This document shows, piece by piece, positions 1-7,745 of a stretch of 29,714 bases of DNA. Within the stretch, counting starts at the first letter, position 1; every line of letters starts with the position of its first letter. Under the pieces are notes generated by a model. It was given only the letters and a program-made list of their open reading frames with translations, ran no database searches and was not told the DNA's origin. Origin of the DNA: a virus (taxonomy: Duplodnaviria > Caudoviricetes); IMG/VR virus record IMGVR_UViG_3300046779_001063, positions 1-29,714 of that record; one strand, given 5' to 3'. A program made the position numbers and the translations under genes.

Positions 1-192
1 AGGTCCTGTTGGTCCAGCGGCGCCTTGCGGTCCTGTTGAACCAGTTGGTCCTGTTGGTCCAGTATCACCCTGAACACCTTGTGGTCCTATTAATCCACTT
101 GAAGCACCAGTCCAAGCACCATTGGCTGCAATAACATCTGTCGTGCCAACAGTTAAACCATGCTTAACTATAAAATTTTGATTATTTGCCAA
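1..192 (-). CDS. Collagen-like tail fibre protein, 5' part only (runs off the left edge; not in the ORF track)
   Basis: Manual translation from TTG at 192: [64 protein letters not shown]. No stop in frame; uninterrupted G-X-Y triplets to the window edge; GGGGA SD-like sequence 9 nt upstream. Confidence 0.85.
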   Translation of the reverse strand, partial: MANNQNFIVKHGLTVGTTDVIAANGAWTGASSGLIGPQGVQGDTGPTGPTGSTGPQGAAGPTGP

Positions 193-216
193 GGTTCACT
201 ATCCCCTTTAATTCTT

Positions 217-223
217 TATTTAG
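217..223 (-). promoter_or_regulatory. Possible late-promoter variant CTAAATA
   Basis: Overlaps the stop codon of the 668-aa gene, the same placement as the ATAAATA motifs elsewhere in the window; one mismatch to that motif. Confidence 0.35.
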
Positions 224-2226
224 ACGGGTATTAAAGTGGCAGAAACTTTAACCGTGGTTGAAGAGTTTGTAGGTGTGAACAATAAAGATAATGTTCCTGT
301 TGAAATGGTTGCATCAAAACTTCCTAATGATGTTCCTGTTTTATTTTCACCATACTGTAGCATGTAAACAGTTGTGTCATCGTGAATAACACTCATCTCT
401 TGTAAATGATATGATGAACCACTAGTCATTTGAATCAAATATTTTGCCGAACGATATGATGCTGTTGCAAAAGAATCTAATGTTACTTGTGCTGTAGAAA
501 CTGTTGTGATTGTTGTGGAATCTAGAATAGAATTCGTATTCACAGTAACACTTGTGTTGGCAACAAGAACAGACGCAATCAATGTTCCAGACATTGAATC
601 TGTTGTCTTTTGTACCGAAGAGTTCGCTCTATCATATGCCAAGTTTGCTTGAGCAAATCCAGATAATGCAATACCTAAACCTGTGTTGGCCTGATTATAT
701 GCAGTCTTTGCAATCTCATTTGTTGAGTTCGCTAGGTCAGCGCCAATAGGATGTGTCGATTTTTCATATGAAGGGAATGCATCATAGTCTGCCCAAGTCT
801 TAGCAGTCTTTTCGGAGTGAAGGATGTGTCCTGAATTATACACACCACCTTCATACATAATCCATTCTTCAATTTGTTCGTCCCATTTAATGAACACATT
901 CGAAGAGTTTCCACGATTGACACGAATCTCAGCGTTTGATACAGGTGTTCCTGTTGTGGTATCATTCAATACAATTAAGTTACCACCAACAACAAGTGTG
1001 GATGTTGAAATTGATTGAGCGTTACTAATAATCAGATTACCGTCAATTTCAACGTTACCTGTAAACAATGCGTCACCACCAACATGCAAGTTTGCGGTTG
1101 GTGTATTTGTACCAATACCTAATCTATGATTTGTGTGGTCATAGTAAAGATTTGTTGGGTCTTCATGGATAGTTTCATCTAGTGCAAAAAGAATAGCGCC
1201 GCTTGTTTTGTTAGCACCCTCACGGAAAGTAACATCAACTAAAATTGAACCGTCGGTTATGTCAGACACGGAAACAATACCCAAACGAACTGGGGCTGCC
1301 GGTGATGCCGGCGCTGTTGTTGTCCAACCACCAGGTACTGTATCAGATAAGTAAACTTCCGAACCTTCAGTTACAAGATGAGTATCAAGTCCGTTGACTT
1401 TACCCATAGATGTAACATAACCATAACCATTATTTGCAATTACAGTTGTTGTGATACCAATAACTTCTGAAGAATCATAAATGGCTGCATTCGCTAATGC
1501 GACACTAGGGAAACCATTAGCGGAAGATGGACCTGTAATATAAACTGCTTTACCATCAGTAATTGTTGCACCGGTTTGATTATATACACGAATCACAGAT
1601 TCTTGCATTAACTGACCTGTCATTGATGATTCGTTATAATATGCTAATGCTTTTTGGTCATTATCATAAAACAATCTTCCTTCAGCATATGCAGGTTTTG
1701 CTGGCGCAGTATTCATATCCAAATATGAACCAATCGTTACATTACCTGTGACGATTACATTACCTGTGATTGTTCCACCAGACGCAGAATATAATGTGTT
1801 TGCATAATCGAATGCAGAATTGGCTTTAGTATATGCCAAGTTTGCTTGTGCGAAAGCATTATTTGCTTTATCGTAAGTTGGTTGGATTTGTGGAGCAACG
1901 TTGTTGGCTGCATCATATGCACCTTGTGCCAAAACTGTTGCTGAGTTTGCTTTATCAAAAGCCGAATTCGCTTGATTATATGCTGAATTCGCTTGATTGC
2001 GGACCCATGTATCTGTAGCATTATTTGCGGCATCAAAAGCGGAGTTTGCTCTTCCCAAAACAGACTGAACAAATGCCAAAGAAGGTGCAGGATTACCACC
2101 AGCAGTTACGCCATCGTGAACTACGATAACTTTTTTATCCGTATCAACGGTAATTTCTGCCACTGCTCCAGTAAATGTCGCAGTCTGTGCAGTATTACCT
2201 TTTCTCCATTGGACTCTTGTTGACAT
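220..2226 (-). CDS. Tail fibre-like protein with Mtd_N-like N-terminal domain
   Basis: N-terminus VQWRKGNTAQTATFTGAVAEITVDTDKKVIVVHDGVTAGG resembles the major tropism determinant N-terminal domain. Also has ANxA[FY] heptads, an RLGIGTNTPTANLHVGG fibre motif and a C-terminal beta-domain (LDSFATASYRSAKYLIQ...) common in T4-like fibre proteins. Confidence 0.8.
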   Translation of the reverse strand: MSTRVQWRKGNTAQTATFTGAVAEITVDTDKKVIVVHDGVTAGGNPAPSLAFVQSVLGRANSAFDAANNATDTWVRNQANSAYNQANSAFDKANSATVLAQGAYDAANNVAPQIQPTYDKANNAFAQANLAYTKANSAFDYANTLYSASGGTITGNVIVTGNVTIGSYLDMNTAPAKPAYAEGRLFYDNDQKALAYYNESSMTGQLMQESVIRVYNQTGATITDGKAVYITGPSSANGFPSVALANAAIYDSSEVIGITTTVIANNGYGYVTSMGKVNGLDTHLVTEGSEVYLSDTVPGGWTTTAPASPAAPVRLGIVSVSDITDGSILVDVTFREGANKTSGAILFALDETIHEDPTNLYYDHTNHRLGIGTNTPTANLHVGGDALFTGNVEIDGNLIISNAQSISTSTLVVGGNLIVLNDTTTGTPVSNAEIRVNRGNSSNVFIKWDEQIEEWIMYEGGVYNSGHILHSEKTAKTWADYDAFPSYEKSTHPIGADLANSTNEIAKTAYNQANTGLGIALSGFAQANLAYDRANSSVQKTTDSMSGTLIASVLVANTSVTVNTNSILDSTTITTVSTAQVTLDSFATASYRSAKYLIQMTSGSSYHLQEMSVIHDDTTVYMLQYGENKTGTSLGSFDATISTGTLSLLFTPTNSSTTVKVSATLIPV
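1798..2052 (-). repeat. Heptad repeats A-N-x-A-[FY]-x-x (likely trimeric coiled coil)
   Basis: ANSAFDA, ANSAYNQ-ANSAFDK, ANNAFAQ-ANLAYTK-ANSAFDY; a second cluster at about 617-735 (AYNQANT, FAQANLAYDRANS). Confidence 0.8.
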
Positions 2227-2251
2227 GTTAGTTTCTTTTCAAATTATGTTG

Positions 2252-2258
2252 TATTTAT
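2252..2258 (-). promoter_or_regulatory. T4-like late promoter motif ATAAATA
   Basis: Minus strand reads TAATAAATAC, overlapping the upstream stop codon and lying upstream of the 668-aa gene; T4 late consensus is TATAAATA. Confidence 0.6.
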
Positions 2259-3880
2259 TAGACATATCCATAGTCAAATGTAATCGCACCTAAAATATCA
2301 GTAACTGTTCCAAAATCTATTATCACATTTGAGGCACCAATTAAATTTGTTGCAATCGAAATGGTTGAGTTTGCCGCATCTGTACCTATTGCAATTCCCG
2401 TCTGACCTATGATTGTAATTTTTGTATTTTTAGTATTAGCAATAACATCATCAAAACCTATAGCGGAGATTGTGGTGAATGCATTTCCTCCGGCAACGTT
2501 GGCTGCATCATAAGCGGCATTCGCCCAATTATATATTCTACTTGTTGTATCACTAATAATTTCTTGATTGAAGTGAACACCAGTTTCAGTCACTCTAACA
2601 ATAACATTCGCTTCGTCATATCCGCCTGCAACGATTCTTGTTTCTTGACCTGGAGTTGCTGATATTGTACCAATTACAAGATTGCCACCAACTTGTCCAA
2701 TTGTTGATCCTTGAACCAACAAATAACCATCTAGAGGTTTTAATGTTCCTTGTTCAAGTTGTGAACCTTGAATACCCATATCAATAAAGAAATTGGTATC
2801 GTTACCAACATCAGCCGTGACAACAAAATCTGCTGAACCATTCTCATTAATGTTTTGCTGGTTAACTTGCGTGTATGTTGACGAGTTACTTGTAAATTGT
2901 GCAATTACATTCGGCAATAATGTGCCTAGAGCAGTTGCTGAACCAGCCCAAAGTTTCGTATTGGCAAAAACTTCATCCGCATATACATTACCGGTAGCAG
3001 ACAATGTTGTTGTGGATAAGTTTGTAGAAATTAATGTTGGTGCAGTTAGAACTTTTGTGGATGTGACACCGTCATTGTCCATTTCCATGACAACATTAGC
3101 ACTCTCAAAACCACCAGCAATAAATCTAATGTTAGTTGATTCGGCTGTAGTACCGATAATCATGTTACCACCAACCTGACCCGTGTTACCTTGAACAAGG
3201 AAGTAACCGGTTAATGGTTCAAAAGGTGTATCGTAACCATCATAGAAGTTGTATTGACTACCTGCCATACCAACATCGGTATAGAATGTTAAGTCATCAC
3301 CAACGTCTGCGGTAATAACAAAATCTGCGGAACCGTGCCCGTCAATATTTTGCTGATTTACTTGTGTGTAAGTATATGCATTGCTAGAAAATTGAGCAAT
3401 TACATTAGGTAATTCTGTTGACTGATTTGTTGCAATACCGGCATATAATTTTTCATGCACGATTGCAATTTGTGTTTCAATATTCTGCGACAATAAAATA
3501 TTGTTTGCTTGAATATTGCCATTTATTGATGCGTTTCCGCCAACAGTTATACCATAATTAGAGGTTAGGGTATTACCAGTAACTGATCCTGAAGCAGAAA
3601 TACTTCCTGTTTGTAAAGATGTTGATGTTAGTTGACCGGAAGTTTTGTTAAATGTTAAATTTGCACTTGAACCAAAACTACCACCATCATTAAATTGAAT
3701 TTCAGTATCAAGACCGGCAGGCTGTGTGGTTAGGATTGAACCTATTGTATCAGAATCGGTTCTATAGTATATAATACCGTCTGCATAGTTTAGTGCAAAC
3801 TCACCATACTCTAAGTCTAGAGCATTAGGTACATTACCAACTGCACCCGATGAGCGAAGTGCAATAACTGTATTTGCCAT
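2258..3880 (-). CDS. Tail fibre-like protein with T4 gp37-type N-terminal domain and an internal domain duplication
   Basis: N-terminus IALRSSGAVGNVPNALDLEYGEFALNYADGIIYYR resembles the N-terminus of T4 gp37 (recalled). Has a GLDTEIQFNDGGSFG fibre motif and two ~130-aa homologous domains; ends DFGTV...DYGYV. Confidence 0.75.
   Translation of the reverse strand: MANTVIALRSSGAVGNVPNALDLEYGEFALNYADGIIYYRTDSDTIGSILTTQPAGLDTEIQFNDGGSFGSSANLTFNKTSGQLTSTSLQTGSISASGSVTGNTLTSNYGITVGGNASINGNIQANNILLSQNIETQIAIVHEKLYAGIATNQSTELPNVIAQFSSNAYTYTQVNQQNIDGHGSADFVITADVGDDLTFYTDVGMAGSQYNFYDGYDTPFEPLTGYFLVQGNTGQVGGNMIIGTTAESTNIRFIAGGFESANVVMEMDNDGVTSTKVLTAPTLISTNLSTTTLSATGNVYADEVFANTKLWAGSATALGTLLPNVIAQFTSNSSTYTQVNQQNINENGSADFVVTADVGNDTNFFIDMGIQGSQLEQGTLKPLDGYLLVQGSTIGQVGGNLVIGTISATPGQETRIVAGGYDEANVIVRVTETGVHFNQEIISDTTSRIYNWANAAYDAANVAGGNAFTTISAIGFDDVIANTKNTKITIIGQTGIAIGTDAANSTISIATNLIGASNVIIDFGTVTDILGAITFDYGYV
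2576..3452 (-). repeat. Duplicated ~130-aa domain (about 3065-3452 and 2576-2956)
   Basis: KLYAG...LPNVIAQFSSNAYTYTQVNQQNIDGHGSADFVITADVG aligns with KLWAG...LPNVIAQFTSNSSTYTQVNQQNINENGSADFVVTADVG, and the similarity continues through GY.LVQG...GQVGGN..IGT. Confidence 0.9.
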
Positions 3881-4401
3881 TAGAAGTTTCCGCCAGCCGA
3901 TTCAACTTTCACTACATCATCATTAACGATTTTTGGAGTTTCTTCTTTGACTTCTACTTTCTCAACAGTTACAACTTTTTCTTCTACGACTGCAATACCT
4001 AATTTTTTCTTTTTGGAATTTGGTAACATTTCTTCTAATTGTTTGATGTATTCAGTTTGCTCTACAAGTTGACTTTCCAATTTATTTGTCTTCTCCGACA
4101 AAGCAGAAAGATCCTTTGATTGTTTATTTAGCGCAGTCTGAAGACGATGACGCTCACCATCAGTATTCGAACTGTTTTGAATAATAGTATTTTTATTATT
4201 CAACTCATTTCGTAGAGAATTGTTTTCTTCAATTAAACGAGAAACATCAAGTTTAATCTTTTCATAATCTTCATGTCTTTTAACATCTTCCTCAAGAACT
4301 CCAATTTGGGTCTGAAACATTAAATTCTGTTTCAGAACCGCATGGAAATTCTCTAAGACAACTTCATTGTATTTTTGTATAAATCGAATATCTGTAGCCA
4401 T
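3880..4401 (-). CDS. Hypothetical coiled-coil protein, K/E-rich, ending in GGNF
   Basis: 173-aa ORF with L/I heptads (VSRLIEENNSLRNELNN, LSALSEKTNKLESQLVEQ); stop overlaps the next start (TAATG); AAAGGG upstream. Confidence 0.75.
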   Translation of the reverse strand: MATDIRFIQKYNEVVLENFHAVLKQNLMFQTQIGVLEEDVKRHEDYEKIKLDVSRLIEENNSLRNELNNKNTIIQNSSNTDGERHRLQTALNKQSKDLSALSEKTNKLESQLVEQTEYIKQLEEMLPNSKKKKLGIAVVEEKVVTVEKVEVKEETPKIVNDDVVKVESAGGNF

Positions 4402-4419
4402 AATATAGCCCTTTCATAA

Positions 4420-6036
4420 TTAGAAACTTCCACCATTCAACATGGCAAATGTAGGCACACCAGACGAATTGATTTGTAATACATGACCTTCAGTTGTAGA
4501 TGCCACAGATGTTAGTGCGGATGTTGATGTGATACCACCAATGATAACACCATTTGCTGTGTATGAGTTGAAACCAGTACCGCCTCTTGTGACACCTAAT
4601 GTGCCAGAAATAATTGCGCCAGTATCAATTGCGATGGCTGTGTTACTTACACTAGAAACACGACCATATGCATCAGTTGTAATAACTGGCAAATCGCTTG
4701 GGCTACCATATGTGCCAGCAGTACCAGTGTTCGCTAATGTTTTGATAGCGGCACCATCATAGAAAATGGCTGCGCCTGTTGTGAATGTATCGTTGTTTGT
4801 GCCGCCTCTAGCGATAGCCAACTTACCAGACACGATGTTTGATGCATCAATTTGAATTGCGCTATTTGTGATACCAGAAACACGACCATATGCATCAGTT
4901 GTGATGATTTGTGTATTAGAAGCGGAACCGTATGTACCAGCAGTGCCTGTATTGGCTAACTCAGACAATGCACCAGATGCGTTACCGACAACAATAGCAC
5001 CCTTAGTGAATGATGTTTGTCCTGTACCACCGTCAGTAACTGCGATAGCAGAGAACAATGCGGAAACATTACCACCGGTTAAGTTTGCTTCTAATGTCGC
5101 ACGATTTTCTGCACCATATGTTACAACGTTTGTTGTTGGATCAGTAGTTTCACCAACAAACAACTTGAACACACCATCAGATGCATCACGAACCAAACCA
5201 GCATATTTTGTGCCACCGTTTGTGTATTGACCATAGAAACCAATATCAAGCGCATCGCTTACATTATTAGCGGCTAGTTTGATTAGTGAATCTTCAGTTG
5301 TGATTGTCTCAACATCTTGTGTGATTGTGTTACCTGAAATTACCAAGTTTCCAGTAACTGCTAAATCACCACTAATAGTTTGTGAACCACCACCGTTTGT
5401 TCTAACAACAGTATTATCTACATCAACAACAACAGTATTGTTCGCATCAACAAATACGGAAGTGATACCATCACCACCCTTAAATGTTAATGTGTCTGAT
5501 AGTAAGTCTAATGAACCTGTTCCGGTATCGCCAGCAACGCCCAATGATGTTGCAACAGAAACGTTAGCCGCATACGAAACACGACCATCAGCATCAACAG
5601 TAAATGTCGGAATCTGTGTTTGACCACCATAATTGCCAGCAGTAACGCCAGTGTTGGTCAATTCTAATGTAATATCTGCGTTTGCTGAGCCATCAAAAAT
5701 GGCTTCGGCTGCATCAACATCACCGGAAACTTTAATATATCTTGGTGTTTGTAGTGTTGTTGCTGTGTTGGCGTTACCAAATAAAGCGGCACGAACATAA
5801 GTTGCATCAAAACCACCAACGTTGTTACGCTTAACAATCGCCGCGTTTGTGTTTGCACTTGTTGCGGCATCTACCAAATCTGTGTAGTATTTACCACCAA
5901 CAGCAACAACCGAATTATCGGCTAAGCCAATGAAAAGTTTATTTGATGTATTTGAATACGCTGGTTCGGCAACATTAAGTGAGGTAGGGGTTGCTGTGAC
6001 CTCTGACCACTTTAGTTGAATTACTGTATTTGCCAT
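4420..6036 (-). CDS. Tail fibre-like protein with gp37/Mtd_N-type N-terminus
   Basis: MANTVIQLKWSEVTATPTSLNVAEPAYSNTSNKLFIG N-terminus; GNANTATTLQTPRYI and FDGSANADI fibre motifs; repeated GTYGS...TTDAYGRV and GGTG units; AGGA SD upstream; ends LNGGSF. Confidence 0.8.
   Translation of the reverse strand: MANTVIQLKWSEVTATPTSLNVAEPAYSNTSNKLFIGLADNSVVAVGGKYYTDLVDAATSANTNAAIVKRNNVGGFDATYVRAALFGNANTATTLQTPRYIKVSGDVDAAEAIFDGSANADITLELTNTGVTAGNYGGQTQIPTFTVDADGRVSYAANVSVATSLGVAGDTGTGSLDLLSDTLTFKGGDGITSVFVDANNTVVVDVDNTVVRTNGGGSQTISGDLAVTGNLVISGNTITQDVETITTEDSLIKLAANNVSDALDIGFYGQYTNGGTKYAGLVRDASDGVFKLFVGETTDPTTNVVTYGAENRATLEANLTGGNVSALFSAIAVTDGGTGQTSFTKGAIVVGNASGALSELANTGTAGTYGSASNTQIITTDAYGRVSGITNSAIQIDASNIVSGKLAIARGGTNNDTFTTGAAIFYDGAAIKTLANTGTAGTYGSPSDLPVITTDAYGRVSSVSNTAIAIDTGAIISGTLGVTRGGTGFNSYTANGVIIGGITSTSALTSVASTTEGHVLQINSSGVPTFAMLNGGSF
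4654..4902. repeat. 74-codon internal repeat with an exact 27-nt direct repeat
   Basis: agaaacacgaccatatgcatcagttgt at 4654-4680 and 4876-4902 (222 nt apart), encoding TTDAYGRVS within LANTGTAGTYGS...ITTDAYGRVS...ID...I.SG.L...RGGT units. Confidence 0.85.
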
Positions 6037-6072
6037 GTTGATTTCCTGTTATTATTCTTCTTATCGAAATTC

Positions 6073-6330
6073 TTAAAATGCCCCGCCATTAATATTTCTA
6101 ACGTTGACATTCACATTTTGTAATTGGCTGGATTCATAATTTCCTGTGGCAGCATTAAATGCTAGAACATCTCCATCCTCTTGTCGTGATATAACATCAA
6201 CGCCTTGAATTTCATTAATCGCAACGTTTGGCTTAGGCTTAAATTTTGGATCAGCAATTGTAGTTCTCTGTGCTGGTCTAACCGCAACTTTACCTATAAC
6301 TCCTGGTGTATTTATTCTTGCTGTTACCAT
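6073..6330 (-). CDS. Small hypothetical virion adaptor-like protein ending in NGGAF
   Basis: 85-aa ORF filling the gap between neighbours; EIQGVDV...EDGDVLAFNAATGNYE resembles a short fibre repeat unit. Confidence 0.7.
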   Translation of the reverse strand: MVTARINTPGVIGKVAVRPAQRTTIADPKFKPKPNVAINEIQGVDVISRQEDGDVLAFNAATGNYESSQLQNVNVNVRNINGGAF

Positions 6331-6333
6331 TTA

Positions 6334-6666
6334 TTACCTCGTAACAGATGGCAATACAGTAACAATTCCTTCAATAACCCTAGTCACTACCGAAGACGGA
6401 GATGTAATTTTTACATCATACACATATCGTCCAGCGGATAAATTCGCAGTATTTGCGGCGGACATGGAAAGAGTGATTTCACCATTGGCTGTTCCTGTCA
6501 CTACGGAAGTGATTGTATAGCCAGTCGATGAGTAATATGATTTACGCATCTGGGAGTTTGCTGTATATGCGTATAGGTTAATCGCAGTTCCAGCGGTATC
6601 CTCAACATTTATCGTTGTGTTAAATGTTGCTCCCTGCTCAATAACAATTTCTGAGAATGCTGCCAT
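6334..6666 (-). CDS. Small beta-sandwich virion protein (BppU N-terminal-like adaptor, tentative)
   Basis: IEQGATF...INL..YTA.SQMRKSY...GEITLSM.A..TA.L.AGRYVYDV...VTRVIEG.VTV.P.VT, a pattern frequent in phage fibre clusters. Confidence 0.65.
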   Translation of the reverse strand: MAAFSEIVIEQGATFNTTINVEDTAGTAINLYAYTANSQMRKSYYSSTGYTITSVVTGTANGEITLSMSAANTANLSAGRYVYDVKITSPSSVVTRVIEGIVTVLPSVTR

Positions 6667-6680
6667 ATTTTTATTGGATA

Positions 6681-7745
6681 TTATTCATACATGATATTTA
6701 TGTTACCAGAATATGTCGTGGTACCAGAAACTGAAGTTAGTCTAATTCTATCAATTGCACCAGCAAGAGAAACTGATCCTGCGCCAAGACTAATACCTCC
6801 TGTGTCATATGTCAACATATGTGTGCAAGTCCAAACATTACCTGTCTGCTTAACTAATGTGACTTGACCTGATGCAATATAACCAGAATATGTCGCAACA
6901 GAAAAACCCTGTGTTGAACTTTGAGTGGAACCGCTTCCAGCGTAAACATTTTGACCAGTTGATGTGTAGCCGGAAGTTGTATAAGAACCTGACCCAATTT
7001 GAACTAATGCATCTGTGGAACTAGGATTTACACCTACCCATGTCATGGTAATTTTTGTTACCCAAGACGGAATTCCTGTGAAACCTTTTTCTGTAGCACC
7101 ACTAGATGTATTAACGGTTCCTAAAGTTGTAACAGACTGAACAGCACCTGTCTTGGTGTTTATTGAAGTTACTCCACCGTTGGATGCACTTGTTGCATTT
7201 TGAACGGCAGTTGAACCAATTGCAGACACAATATCTGAGGCTGAGGCGGCAGTAAAGGCACCTGTGCCTGCACCTTTAATCAGAGAACCAGATGTTATTG
7301 ATGTTGCTCCTGTACCACCTCTGGAAACAGATAATGTTCCTGCATTAATATTGTCTGCATTTGTTGCATAAATTCTGGCTGCACCAACGTTCGCTTGTCC
7401 TAAGGTAACAGCAGTTGCAACGGAATTCGGTGTCGCGGCAGTTGTTGTGCTAGTGCTTGAAGTTGAATCTGTTAATTGTACCACACCAGTTTCTGTTGTT
7501 GTGCCACTACGAATTGTCGTATTCGAACCAGCAACAACTTGTCCTAATGCATTGTATGTAATTACTGCAATGTTGATAGAATCGCCTCTTGTGCCAGCAG
7601 TAACAACTCCACTTGTAACGTTTGCGGCATAAATCAATCTACCCTGAGCATCAACATTGAACACAGGAATAGCACTAACACCACCATAATTTCCAGAACT
7701 TACCGCTGTGTTGGATAGTGTGTCTGGTCTAATTCTCGTTGTCAT
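6681..7745 (-). CDS. Tail fibre-like protein
   Basis: Phage tail-fibre repeat TTTETGVVQLTDSTSSTSTTTAATPNSV; GNYGG..IPVFNVDAQGR unit shared with the 538-aa gene; GVTSINTKTGAV motif; S/T/G-rich C-terminal beta-domain; start overlaps upstream stop (ATGA). Confidence 0.8.
   Translation of the reverse strand: MTTRIRPDTLSNTAVSSGNYGGVSAIPVFNVDAQGRLIYAANVTSGVVTAGTRGDSINIAVITYNALGQVVAGSNTTIRSGTTTETGVVQLTDSTSSTSTTTAATPNSVATAVTLGQANVGAARIYATNADNINAGTLSVSRGGTGATSITSGSLIKGAGTGAFTAASASDIVSAIGSTAVQNATSASNGGVTSINTKTGAVQSVTTLGTVNTSSGATEKGFTGIPSWVTKITMTWVGVNPSSTDALVQIGSGSYTTSGYTSTGQNVYAGSGSTQSSTQGFSVATYSGYIASGQVTLVKQTGNVWTCTHMLTYDTGGISLGAGSVSLAGAIDRIRLTSVSGTTTYSGNINIMYE

Noticed and set aside
1-100. Short DNA repeats (ggtcctgttggtcc) resembling a repeat array or CRISPR
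   Set aside because: They are the codons of G-P-T collagen triplets; there is no repeat-spacer structure.
182-199. Mini-ORF GTG AAC CTT GGC AAA TAA overlapping the TTG start
   Set aside because: Only five codons and too close to the GGGGA SD (2 nt) for efficient initiation; no supporting evidence.
220-2226. Diversity-generating retroelement suggested by the Mtd_N-like domain
   Set aside because: No reverse transcriptase, no template/variable repeat pair differing at adenines and no C-type lectin C-terminus are visible in this window. Mtd_N-like domains are common without a DGR.
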